DNA from: Zygnema circumcarinatum SAG 698-1b
Lineage: Eukaryota; Plantae; Zygnematophyceae
Reading direction: 5' to 3'
Assembly: GCA_037447605.1 (NCBI GenBank)
Contig: CM074812.1
Coordinates: forward strand, 2,232,001 to 2,296,000
Length of the DNA stretch: 64,000 bases
This document shows positions 25,595 to 37,800 of the stretch, one piece after another; position 1 is the first letter of the stretch, and each line of letters opens with the position of its first letter. Under the pieces are notes generated by a model that saw nothing but the letters and a program-made list of their open reading frames with translations, searched no databases and was not told the origin of the DNA. A program made the translations under genes and the position numbers.

Positions 25595-27632
25595 CAGGCC
25601 TCTTCAAATAGGGGATTTCGGCTTAAGATAGGGGACTGTAGCGTAACGGAGCTGCGTTCGACGGATCTGCGTCCCATCTGCGTCAGTTCAATTGTACTTG
25701 ACATATGCCTCTTCCGTGTCACGGATCAGCGGAATCCAGGAGCTGCCAACGGAGATTGAGAGAAGGCGGCGCCATGCGTTGGCGGCCCACGGAACGGCAC
25801 ACCATCCAGCAAGGCGCACTCGGAAACACCGCCTAAGGCCGCCGATTATCATTCGTTGACCTATCCGAAGGCTCCACGTNNNNNNNNNNTCCCACACCAC
25901 CGAGAACTCCGGCTCCCTTTCGCCCGCCTCCACCTCCTTCACCCGCTTACACCATCCTGCAACGACCGCCTATCCACCTGCACCCCATGGACTCCCCTTC
26001 CTTGACAAACGCATTGGGTGCTGAGCCCGATCCTGCTGCCCGCTCACGCACTGCCCAGATTGCCGCAGCATTGCAACCGGCTTGGTCCGAATCCCCCATC
26101 ACTTCTGAAGCGGATGCAAGATTGCAAATGCCTTGCGCAGGCTCCCTGTCAACCAAAGTGATCCTCATTCACATCCCCTGCCATTCCTCCTTGCCGATGT
26201 CAACGGCGCCAGCTCCTCTGGCACGGCTCCACCGGTCGCCACCCCTGTCCGGAGAACTTCAGTCCTCCCTCCTTCCACGGGTCATCCATTGGGATCCACG
26301 CCTGAGGAGGAAACTGACGATCTCGATGAGGAGGAGCCGACAGCGGCGCAGCCAGAGCCGAGAGCACCAGCGACAGAAGAGATGCACGTCAACCCTCCCC
26401 ATCGCCCTCGGGCAGCCCGTTTCTACCCCCAGGCAGCCGATCGTCGACCACCCCCCCCGACAGACGGCCTATCCCTGATTGAACGCATGGTTCATCAGCT
26501 CATGGGAGACAAGGCTAAGATCGGCATTACCTTGTCACAGTTGATGCAGCTGGTACCAGGTGCTGCAGCCGTAGTTCGTAAGCTGGCCGACAGTGCAGAG
26601 GCCACCCTGCGGCCTCCCACGGTTCCCATGGCACCTCCTCCGGACATCCCCTCGCCGGCAGATATCCACCACATGACCACGGCGCCCCTTCCAGACCCAG
26701 TTCGCTCTCCCCGCCATCCTCCTCGCCAGATTCACGTTCTCCCTCTGATCCCAACACCCAACGTGCGAATCATTGTCAATGTANNNNNNNNNNCTAGCTC
26801 AGCAGTCTTCTCTTAACCCCACTTATCTTGTGCTACAGGACTGTCCCCTAACTTGGTTTTGTAAAAACACGTAAATATGGACTGTACGGACGAAACCGTG
26901 CACGTAGGGACGTTCATTATTTCCCAACACTGCTACCGTCGAGTCTGATTTTTCAGTAATTGGATGGGAGAAAGACGAGTTTCGAAAGTGGTTGACAGAC
27001 TTTTCATTGGACTTTTCGCTCTTCGAGGGTCTCTTTGAGTAGTTTGCATCACTTCTATAGCTGTCTTGTTCAGCTTAAAATTCCTAAGGGAGTGAGATCA
27101 TTTTTCATTTCATTTCTAATTTTAGTTCCTATTTCAGTTTTTCTTTTGTGACTACACCTAGAATTTTAGAGGTTATGATTTGGAATAGAGTTTTTGTGAG
27201 GAAATTTCAAGACTATGATGGATTCTAAAGTGATACTTGGAGTAATTAATGATGGATGGAAAAGGAAATAGAGAGCTTAGGATTGGATCTACAAAGTTTC
27301 CGAGCAATTGGGTTTTTGAATAAGCAACTATATGTTGTGATTGCCAAATGCACAATTGTTCTAATTGATTGGTAAAATTTACCAATCTATAAGAGTCGAA
27401 GAGGTTGCACCAGTTTCTAAAGCCGTGTTGTTATACCAACAAGTAAAGTTCATATACATCATTGTTATCGTGGTTGCAAATGCAATTCATTTCCTTTTTG
27501 TTTTTAACCAAAAAAATGTTTTTTTGGGGCTTGTGTGGTATTTAAGTTGAAATCACGTAAACTAATCTCAAAATCTTACATAAATAAGCTATTTACGATA
27601 TTTAGGGGATCTCCCCTAGTTGAAGAGGCCTG
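25595..27632. mobile_element. Non-autonomous TIR element with 9-bp TSD (ctcaacgac)
   Basis: TIR caggcctcttcaa(a/c)tagggga at both ends; TSD at 25586-25594 and 27633-27641. Confidence 0.85.
25637..26837 (+). mobile_element. Gypsy-like LTR retrotransposon remnant (collapsed across two gaps)
   Basis: TGTAGC...GCTACA ends, 4-bp TSD ggac. ORF 26133-26783 resembles a gypsy gag C-terminal/linker region (KAKIGITLSQLMQLVP). Confidence 0.6.
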
Positions 27633-27960
27633 CTCAACGACTCTTCCCGCACGTGCCGCCGTACGAGGCGCTCGCTCCTCTCCTCGTCCGCTTAGGTTCG
27701 ATACGGTACGATACGATGCAATACGTACGGACAAACAGCAACTCTAACCTAATACCGCCCGCCTATTGTTAACACGGACACCCTTATATTTTCGCTACCC
27801 AATATTTTCGCCCCATATTTGCCGAAACCATGGCGAAAATATTGGGGGGGACTACTGTACTGTACTGAGATTGTCCGTACAGTCTGCCCCTGCAAGCAGA
27901 TCGGACCATTAGACAAACCAGTCGACTGATTGGCAACCAGTGGTTGCGGACCGAAACAAC

Positions 27961-28582
27961 TGTTGGTGCAAGGGGCCCAGAGGGCAGACTTCAAGGAAGG
28001 GATAAATACATGCCCGGATGAAGCTCAAAAACTTTCTTCATCTACCACTTGGGCCACATACCGCTTCCTCCACGATCTGCCTTCCATCCACCCCTGGCCA
28101 GGTGCGCACAGCGGAAAATTAAAAGCGACACCTACAAGAACACTTCAACTCCTCCATGGTCTCGGCTCCTCAAGTCCACGCTCCTCCAATGATCTCCTCG
28201 TGTGGAGCAACACACCGCCCATACAATGGTCGCCTCCACTCATCCACCACGTCAATCCAACACAAGCACTCACATGACAAGTAATACAAGCTCTTTGAGG
28301 AAATCTACATAATCCCTTATGCTAGATTCTCCTCCTCACATGAGCGCTATCCTATTCTCTAATAGATAGCTTACACCCCAACTGCAGTAGCCAAGCACTA
28401 TCTGCCTCCATGAACTCCTCTTCTACCTCAACACATGAGGGACACACCATCTAACTTCTTCACTAAAGCTTAGCATGATGAGAGCTAGTTCTCACGACCT
28501 TCATACACAAGGCCGGACTCCTCTACGCCTCAGCCTCTGATTGCTCTTCCTAAACAACCAACGACAGAGCAGCATTACATTC
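27961..28582 (-). mobile_element. Partial LTR, family B (U5 side), ends at gap
   Basis: Reverse-complement match to the right part of the solo LTR at 44139-45706. Confidence 0.85.
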
Positions 28583-28592
28583 NNNNNNNNNN

Positions 28593-29011
28593 CACGGATG
28601 TTGTGACATAGTATATAGTGTGTTGTTTTGTTTGGTTGTTAATCTTCAACTTCTGTATTATTAACGTAGCTATTGTAGACTCTGAGAAGCTGTTGCTCGT
28701 GTTGCTTAACACTACACTTGCTCGTGCTGCGAGGTAGTGGGCTTTTGAGTTTATTGGGCTATTTGAGAGGGGGTCTCTCACTTGTGTTGATAAGTTTATT
28801 ATTAAGGAGTTTTAGAGCCGAGAGCTTTCTCCTATCCTTTTCTCTCTGTTATTCCGCTGTGCATATTCTGTGAGGTTCACTCTGTGAGTAAAATGGGCTA
28901 TGAGTGAATGTGAGAGTTTGGGAAATGTCATCATCGATTGGAACGCGAACTCCGATGGAAGGTGATGCGAGTGGAGAAGCCGGCAGCAGTGGAGGAGTCC
29001 CTGCACCAACA
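28593..29011 (+). mobile_element. Partial copia LTR related to family A (R/U5 side), no PBS following
   Basis: Similar to the reverse complement of 33277-33560. Ends ccctgcaccaaca and contains MSSSIGTRTPMEGD, like the family A Gag start. Confidence 0.7.
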
Positions 29012-29807
29012 CCTAGGACTGACCTTCCCTATAGAAGGTGAGGCAGTCTTAAACCAAAACGAGTATTCTAGAAATATAACGATCATCATGCAATAAAGTT
29101 TCTTCTAAGCACGTGATATCCGAGAGGCGAGTTCGCGTCCTCCGACGGGAATCACAATTTTGCAACTTCTAGGTACGGTAAATGCTTGCCAACCATTGGA
29201 TACATCATTGGTCGCGACCAAATGATTAGCAACCATTCCAATGGTTAGGCACCACTGGATGGACAGGCCAATGGTTGGCGATCCAATGGTCCGACCTGTG
29301 CTCGACATCCCCGTGTTCTGTATCGGGATATTTTCTCAGTAATATCGAGCGGTTTCCTCGGTACGATACGATATGACATGGCCATGAAAGAAGCGACCAT
29401 GTACTAATGTGCACATGAGGAGGCTGCGACATTCAGAAATTGTTGAACTCATCACACATGGATGGATGGCATGCACTCGTTTTATTCTCCTGTGAGCCAT
29501 GCACTCCGCCCCACTAAAGGGTTATTTCAACCTCCCCGACCCCAATCGATCAGCCTATGTATGATCAACCTTATTGACATTCAGCTTCGCTGGCTTGCAT
29601 TGCTCAGCTTTGTGCTTTAAGGACTGGAACAAAGAAACCCTACTTCATAATCCCCCCTCACAAGATTCTTAAACTAACTATTAACCCTTTACAAAACCCT
29701 AACTCACCTAACTCTTCCCGAACGTGAATATTTACAAGCTGATGTCTGGCAGCATGTAGCCCAAATACTTGTGAATAACCTCCACATGTTGAAAGCCATC
29801 CTTCGTC

Positions 29808-30403
29808 CTAAAAGTACCAGCTCATTTTCGAAGTTCCCGAAGTATTGCTCCCCCCAGGAACTGTTGCAGCGCGAGGGAACCTCCCTGCCTCCTGGCTCCT
29901 CTCCTCCTCGATTATTTCATCAAAGTAGGAAATGTAGCTCGGGTCCATCGAGAGATGGCCCGCCGCATGGCTCTCGCCGAACAGTGTAAAGTTTCCGTCA
30001 CCCAAATCTTCAACAATGACGGTCGCTTTTATCTTCGGCTTCCACCAATAAAGAGGGTACCTGCATGAATAAGATGCGGAGGAATCTTAAAACTTCATCG
30101 AGGAAATATCAGAATCATATGTAAAGGTTGAAAGTGTCTGGTTTAAAACTGACGTAGGCCATTGTATGATTTGAAGGGACGAGGGGGAGGAGAGGCTCAC
30201 TGTCGTGCTATGTTGTTGGTAATGAGAGCGAGAGAGAGCAGGAGGAAGATGCCTGCAAGCGCAAGGAAGAGAATGAAGAATCCATGGCGGTGGGCGGCCG
30301 GCTGTGATAGACATGCTGCCAAGGCTGCCGCTCTGGCCAGGGGATGCACCGACCGGGTCAATTGCATGGCTGCATGCAACCGTCACCCATGTCAACATCA
30401 CTT

Positions 30404-30447
<44 letters not shown>

Positions 30448-30457
30448 TATCATCATT

Positions 30458-30497
<40 letters not shown>

Positions 30498-30989
30498 CCA
30501 TCATCATCATCATTGCTACTTATTGCATAATCTCAACGTCAACATAAGGATACCATCCAGCGCCCTCACTTCTCACCCCAACTTGAGGCTTCTCACCCTA
30601 AACCCTACCCTTGCCTATCCTCAGTCCTCAAGGGGTTCAGGGTTCAAGAGTTGTGCCCTCATCGCCCGTGCGTGCTTCGTGGCTGGCGTGAAGACGGATA
30701 GCGGCGGCCGGGCGGATAAGCGCCACCTGAGCAGGAAGGAAGAGCGCCTTGCTGCCCCGTGCCGGCGTGGAGAACCCCTCCGCGACGGCGAGCCCTATGA
30801 GCAGCGAGGAGCCAGTCCCGAGGACCAGGCTGCGCGGCTGCGAGAGAGGCGAGTCCACGGCTCCGTACACGAGGATGGCGATGCACCCGAAGACCCCCAT
30901 CATGATGAGGAGGGGCGTGGCTTCGCCACCGGCAGTCGGCGCGGACGTGAGCTGGAGATTGTAGTAGAGGAGGGTCACGAGAGACATGC
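29808..30989 (-). pseudogene. HPP-family (PF04982-like) integral membrane protein, 5'-truncated, possibly pseudogene
   Basis: Exon ~30727-30989 (MGVFGCIAILVYGAVDSPLSQPRSLVLG), exon ~30201-30370 (MQLTRSVHPLARAAAL...LALITNNIARQ), exon 29808-30060 (YPLYWW...stop). Motifs match the HPP family. One junction phase is unresolved. Confidence 0.7.
30406..30513. repeat. (CAT)n microsatellite in HPP intron
   Basis: About 35 near-perfect CAT units. Confidence 0.95.
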
Positions 30990-33680
30990 CTGCAATGTGC
31001 GATGGGCAACGGTAGGAGAGGGAGGGGGGAAAGGGAGAGAGAACAGAGATAGAGGGAGTGAGAGAGTGAGCGAGCGCGAGGGGAGGGAGAGAGGGAGAGA
31101 GGGGGGGAGATGGTGCATTTGGAGTGGGGAGAGGGGTGATGGAGACACGGAGAGATGAAACAGAGAGGGGCAGAAATTGGCTGAGAGAGGTAAGAAGAAT
31201 AAGAGGAAGGGAGAGGGGAGACAAGAGACTGAATGGATAGGGGTGAAAGAGAAAAGAGAGCAAGAAAGTGAGAGAGAGGAAAGGGGTAGAAGAGAGAGAA
31301 GGCACATAGTACTGTTAGTGAGTGGTACATAGTTCATGAAGAGCATGTAGTTGTTTCGGAGTCTGGTTCACATGCTAGTCTAGGATCTGCACATTGGGTG
31401 GAGCATGTGGTGCATTCTGATTGGCCGCTGCATTGGCTCAGAGCGCTGTGATTGGTCGTGTTACATGGCGCTCGGAGATGTACGTGATTGTACGGACAAG
31501 GAGCTCCAGAAAACTCGCGGCGTTCCTTTTGCCAGAAAATTATTGGCTTGCAAGGCGCGCAGTGGCGTGACGTGATGGAGAGTGTTCCGGAAGTCACGTC
31601 ACACTGTGACTGATAAATGGCGGGGCAAATGAGCGAGCTGTAACCCTTCGTGCAGGCTGCTAGGTGCAGAGTAGAGGCTTGCCAGTGTGTTGTGAAGCTT
31701 TACAGCATAATGGGGACACTCTTGTAGTGGAGTAGAGAAGCGCAAGAGGGGCTCTTGGTGTGTTCTTGTACTCCGTTTTGAAGTTAAGAGTTTTCAGCAT
31801 TTGTGCATTCTCTTATCTTTTGAATCTTCGATCTGTTCATTCATTCGTTGCTTGGGGCAGTCTTTGCTTTGTGAGTGAGATTCTGTGTTTCCGCAAGGCT
31901 GGCGTCTCCTAGTCCAAGGGGTAGTGGGATGTCATCCTCGGAGGGATCCTCTACTAGGACCGGAGGCTCCACATCTACAAGTGGTATCAGAGCTAGAGAC
32001 CGAGCAGAAGGTGATGACGATCGGAAGATTGGAGTGCCATTGTTTGATGGCCATAACTACAAGACGCGGAGGTGGCGAATGAAGAAAGTGCTGTTGAGCC
32101 GGGACCTTCTTGGAGTTGTTGATGGCACGGAGGAGAGACCAACCACCGGTGCTGAAGAAATCAAGGAGTGGCTTCGAAAGGATAGGAAAGCTCAAGCACT
32201 TATCGCCTTAATTGTGAAGGATGAGCAGTCGCTTGCACTGCAGGAGTTAGAGACTAGTGCTGAGATGTGGAAGAGCCTAGAGGATGTGTATGATGTCAAG
32301 TCTCATTCCACTGTCGTCCACTTGTACTCAGAACTAGGTGATTTGAGGATGTCCGAAGATGAAGAGCTGGCAGATTATATGCAGAAGTTTGATAGCTTGA
32401 TGCAGAGGTTTGCTCTTGCAAATAAGTCGTTGGACTCAGATCATAAGATCAGCGTCTTCTTAGAGGGTCTACCTAAAAGAGTTGAGTTTGCTGTCATTTC
32501 CATTAAGACACTTCTCACTACTACCGAACTGACCATAGACGAGGTGAAGGGTAGAGTGAGGAGGGAGGAGGATGAAAGGCAGACAAAGGCTAAGGTTTCG
32601 AGTGACAAGGTGCTGGCGCTAAGGTGGTCACAGCAAAAGCACAAAGGAGGGGGGAGACCCAAGGCGGACAAGCGCAGCTCGGGACTGAGTTGCTACAACT
32701 GCGGAAAGTCGGGACACGTGAAGACCAACTGCCCGGAGCCGAAGAAGAATGATGCGCGTGGAGCAGGCCCTTCTAAGCCAGCTACAAAGGAGAAGGTCAA
32801 AGGAACGTGTCACAAGTGCGGGAAGTTTGGCCACTTCAAGGCAAACTGTCCTAACGGCAATTCAGAGAAGACTTTGATGGCTGCTGAAGGCGAGCATGCA
32901 GAGTTTGCGAATGGAATCCAAGTGCGGGATTCTGGACTGAGGCCTTGGTTGATTGATTCTGGAGCATCCAAGCATATGTGCGTGGATGAGTCATTTTTCG
33001 TGAAGAAGAAGGCGCTGCAGCATACACGTTCTGTTTATTCTGCCACCGGAGATGGAGTTGAGGTGACGCAAGGAGGATCGATCGAGCTGGAGGTACTCAA
33101 TGGGGGTGTAGGGGCAGTGCTGACCATAGGGAATGTGCTGCACACCCCGGGACTACAAGCTCAACAGTTGGCTTCTTGCCTGTCCAAACTTCCTCTGGAA
33201 CTCTATCCTTCAAGGCAGATATGTAGGGCACCTGTTCCGAATATACGCTGCCGCCGTGATCGCCTCAGCCCAAAACTGTTGAAGCAAGGGTCTGCTCCCC
33301 ACTTCCGGCGCCACCTCGGGTGTCGCCCTCCATTGGAACTTGAGTTCCCACGGATGAAGACATTCAAACACTCAAAGCTCTATCTTACTTCACTCATCGC
33401 CCATAACAACAGAATGAAGCTACAAGACAAGCACAGCGGAAATCACAATGAGAGAGTGTTAAGAGAAAACTCACGGCTCTAAAACTCCTTATAATAAAAT
33501 TGTCTTCCCACAATGAAGTCCTCCCACCACTTCAAGGTCCCTCTTACTCACTACCTCACGACACAAGTGTAGGCAGCCTAGCAGCACGAGCAGGCTCTGA
33601 ATAAGACCCGAGACTATGACAGAGTAGTGTGGGTGGGTTACTTCCCATAATAAAACTACGCACTATATAATATGGCGTCC

Positions 33681-33704
33681 GTGACGTGACACACATGTCA
33701 CGTC
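33681..33704. promoter_or_regulatory. Inverted GTGACGTGAC/GTCACGTC motif near the TATA of copia LTRs (also 31567-31602, 44960-44986, 46183-46205, 53123-53149)
   Basis: Palindromic paired TGACGT cores recur in four otherwise divergent LTR families. Confidence 0.55.
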
Positions 33705-34847
33705 CCGTCCGCCATTGCAAACCCATGCACCGAGTTTGAGTGGGTGCACTCAGAAATAGCGACTTCTTCTTTGCCACCTCGGCGTAAAACCTACGGCGCT
33801 GACATTCTTGTCGGGTCGTACATCCCGTCCGTACTATTTCGCCATTTTCATACAGCGCTCGCGCACACCGCGATCTTCAGCCACGCCCGACATCTGACCC
33901 GTACACGCACCGAACTTCGCGGACCCATGCGGTCCCGTGGCACATTCGGTTTGCCGCCAAATATCTTCCATGTTGTTTCCGCGCCGCAACTTTGCGCTCC
34001 GCGTTTCGCGCCCGCGCCGCGACCAATCAAAGTTGCGCGTCCGTTCTCCGCGTCCGTACTCCTCTTACTTGTGTCAGCGCCGCGACCAATCAGCGCCGTT
34101 CGTTCGTACTCCGCGCACTCGCGGCGCACTCACCAAAGTCAGAGCACCGACATTCCTAAATCTAAGAGCACTACGCCTAGCAGATCTCATGTTCTACAAA
34201 CTGAGTACCACAACAAGTTAGTGTGTGCCATACAATGTCTAACTATCATACACTAACACTAACAATCCCCCTCTTGGGACTCAGTTCCTCATGGGCCCTA
34301 GCCCAATCAACCTGCTGTTCACTAGTAGTGTCTCCCCTCTGACCCCCTTAGTCAACATGTCTGCAGCCTGCTCTTTTGTTCCTACAAACTTCACCACTAT
34401 CATCCCTTCCTCTACCAACTCTCGCACATAATGATACTGAACCCTAATGTGCTTGGTCCTTTTATGGAACACAGGGTTTTCCATAAGAACTAGATGACTG
34501 GTTGTCCGTAAAAAGAGTCAATGGTGTTTGTGGTCGCTTACATTCTTCAAAGAAATGTTGGAACCACATCCCTTCCTTCGCTGCGTGGCACGCTCCCATG
34601 TACTCTCCTTCGGTGCTTGACAGCGCCACCGAATCTTGTAACTTCGAGCTCCATGAGATCGCGCCTCCTCCGTTCAGGAACACAAATCCTGACGTCGATC
34701 GTGACGTGTCCACGTCACCTCCCCAATCTGAGTCGGTGTATCCGATCACTCTAGTCGGCCCCCTCTCAAACATGAGGCCGTTATCCAAGGTCCCTTTCAC
34801 GAATCTGAAGATCCGCTTCACGGCCTCCCAATGTTCAGGACCGGGAT

Positions 34848-37800
34848 TGTAGAGAAACGCTACAGTTGCCCACAGGAGGTGTACTTAGGGCGCACTCCGT
34901 CCTAGTACTCTCACCCCGGGCACGGGCCGAGTGGTCAAGGCGCTGAGGACCACCTAGGGCCTGGTAGGTCTTAGGATCGAACCTTGCGAAGGTCGCAAGG
35001 GTTCGATACGGCGCGATATACAGATACATATATATATATCGCGCCGCCGATGTGGTTGAGGGATCACGGAACCCTGACCACATCTTCCTTACGTTTTTGG
35101 AACGTAACCGTCGTCCGTACAATCGCGGGTTACCGTTGGTACGGACGGACTGTCAATCAGGCCCCGCGCCGCGCGCGTAGGACCCGACCATGCACCGACG
35201 TACGGCGGCGCGCCGCGTCGCGNNNNNNNNNNCGCCGGGCCGGAGGGGACCCGGGGCCCTCGGGGCCGCCACCTCCACCACCCGTCCCCCGGGACGAGGA
35301 GATGGAGGATCACTCGGAGACTGCGCCGGTCCCCATGGAGGGGCCCAGTCCCGAGCCCACGGATGGCCAAGGCCATCCGGCGCATCCTGCCCCTTCCACC
35401 ACGCAGCCGATGCAATCAGCAGCGGAAGTTCCCGCGTCCTTCCCCATGGATGAGACGCTCATTACTGTGGGAGCTGGCGCGATCCTAAGGAAAAGGATCG
35501 CAGATTTGGGGAAGGAGGTGACTCAGGTCGTCACGGACACCCAGGGGGTCACCTAGGAGGCATGGATGAGATGGGAGCTCATGGTTGGCTGACGCGTGAG
35601 ATGTTTGAAAATGGGACTTTGAGGGGGCCTGGCGGGAGCTGGAATCATCGAACAAGGCATGGCCTGAGTCCCTCAGGCTGCAGAGGAGCTGGACGCAGAA
35701 GTCCTGGAAGGTGTCAGCATACCACTCTGGTCGTGCCGTCACACCAACAGCGCACCCGGCCGCCTGGATGGGGCACAAGTCCACACCCCCTGTCCCTCAC
35801 CAGACAGAAAGCTCACCCCCACCGGGTGGCACCACCCAGCAGCGGGGACCCCCGTCCCGGGAGCTGGCGGGGGCGGGGGAGGAGATCCCGGCTCCGGCCG
35901 CCCGGACCTATGAGGATGCCAGTGGGAACCGGGCCAAGGTGGCCCCGCTTCCTTCCGGGGTGAACATCCTAATACGGGACTGCCCGATTGAGCAGCGGTC
36001 GGGCCAAACGGTGTGCCTTCCGCCATGCGTCCCCTCCAATGGGCAAGCGTTACCCAGGGCACTGAGAGGAGCCGCATACGTGTGTATGAGGGCTCCCCCC
36101 GATGATATTGGGCAATGACGGGATAAGCTCCAGAGGGCTGGTGATCAGCATTCCGGGGCCTTGGATCCCGGATTGGAGGCCCGGGAGAAATTTCAGCAGT
36201 GTGACCAGTTGCAGTGCCAAGGGAGTCCGCGAGACCTGCGTCAAGTGGTGCCTCAAATCACCACTCACAAGCCTGGTCAGGCTGAGTTCTTTTTCCACTT
36301 CAGGAATGGCCTTAAACCACACCTGAGGAAGCAGCTCAGGACCAACCCACGGACTCTGAAACCGTGGGACCCCGCTGACTCTGAGCTGTACTTTGTTGCA
36401 GCCATTCAGTTGGACACCGCCCCTGCAGGCGATGCAAGCCCTTCCCGACCCCAGCAGAAGTCGGGAGATGTTACCGGGTCGTGGAAGGCGGGACCCTCTG
36501 CTCCTGCCAAACCGGCAGGAAAGAATAAGCGGAAGCAGCCAGAAGCGGCTGCCCGCCCAGCCCCTGCACGGCCACAGAAGTTGACTCCAGAGGAGATGTA
36601 GAAGATGCAGCGGGAGAACAAGTGCTTCCGATGCAGGAAGGAGGGGCACAAGGCCCGGGATTGTCCTCTGAACGCCAAGGACAAGAAGGGCAAGGGGCCG
36701 GAAAACCCCAACCCACCAGCAGCTTAGGGGTCGCTGCTGGTGGACATGCTCGGTTAGGGGAAGGGATGGAAGCTGCCGCCAGACCTAGGGGACATTTGTT
36801 TCTTAGAACCTTGGACATTCTTAAATTGATTGGCAGACCTTTGGGAATGCACGATCTCTTTGTGTGTGATGCACTCCCTGTTTCCATTTCCCTCTCCCCT
36901 GCCACTGTAGTGACTCCTTCTGGGTTTATGGATGTAGTGATGAATGGTGATTGGCATGTCTTTATCCTCAATGCCATGGGCGATGATGTTCTCATGCAAT
37001 GTGCCATGGATGCTTTGCATGTCATGGGAAACACCTCCCATGTCCTTGGGCTGCATGTGCTGGTTCCTCAGCACATGGCAGTTCGCACCTTTCCCAACGC
37101 TACTTGGAGGTTGGTGAAACAGTTGAGGAAAGGGCNNNNNNNNNNGCCAAGAGGAAGAAGTGTCACTTCATGCAACGTGAGTTGCTTTATCTTGGGCATA
37201 TCCTGAATGATCAAGGCCTTCGGCCAGACCCTGCCAAAGTTTCTGCGGTAGAAACTTGGGCAGAACCGACTGACTTGCATCAGTTGCGATCATTCTTGGG
37301 GTTTGCGAATTATTTTCGTAAGTTCATCCAAGGGTTTAGTAAGTTGGTTACTCCCTTGACTAATTTGACACGTTCCGGTGTCCCCTTTGCATGGACCCCT
37401 GAATGTCAGGAAGCATTTGAGGGCGTACGCCATGCACTTGTTACCGCACCCACTCTTTGTTTAGCGGACCCGTCCAAACCTTATGAAGTGGTTTGTGATG
37501 CCTCGGGATTCGCCTTGGGTGCCGTCTTGTTCCAAGATGGTCAGCCTCTGGCTTATGAGAGTCGCAAAATGAATCCCGCTGAGCGAAACTATTCTGCAAC
37601 AGAACAGGAACTGCTTGCAGTAGTCCACGCCCTGAGGACATGGCGGTGCTATTTGGAGGGGGCGAAAGCGGTCACGCTGGTCACTGACCACCGCCCGTTG
37701 ACGTTCCTCTCGACCCAACAGACCTTGCTCAGGGCGGGCAAGCACGCTGGTTCGAGTCCCTCGAAAGGTTCGACTGCGGGCTTGGTTGATCGCTCTGAAG

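Larger units (their letters stand above)
25370..27857. mobile_element. Rearranged relative of the 17999-18687 MITE, hosting nested insertions
   Basis: Shares tcgccc...tttttgtacggtaa...gttaaccgtact, a (ccgtactag)n array, cgctcgctcctctcctcgtc, (tacga)n and the ...catggcgaaaatat...actg|ta right end. Left TIR not found. Confidence 0.6.

Noticed and set aside
30304-31158. Poly-His and poly-Ile ORFs
   Set aside because: Translations of the (CAT)n microsatellite and the antisense strand of the HPP exon.
31875-33482. 535-aa ORF as an intact gene or domesticated gag
   Set aside because: Chimeric: copia C gag-PR runs through the inversion breakpoint into antisense integrase and LTR A sequence.
34918-34985. 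Bona fide tRNA genes (also at 39670, 51055, 51521)
   Set aside because: No complete acceptor stem or clean anticodon arm could be folded by eye, and all lie inside LTRs; reported as tRNA-like boxes instead.
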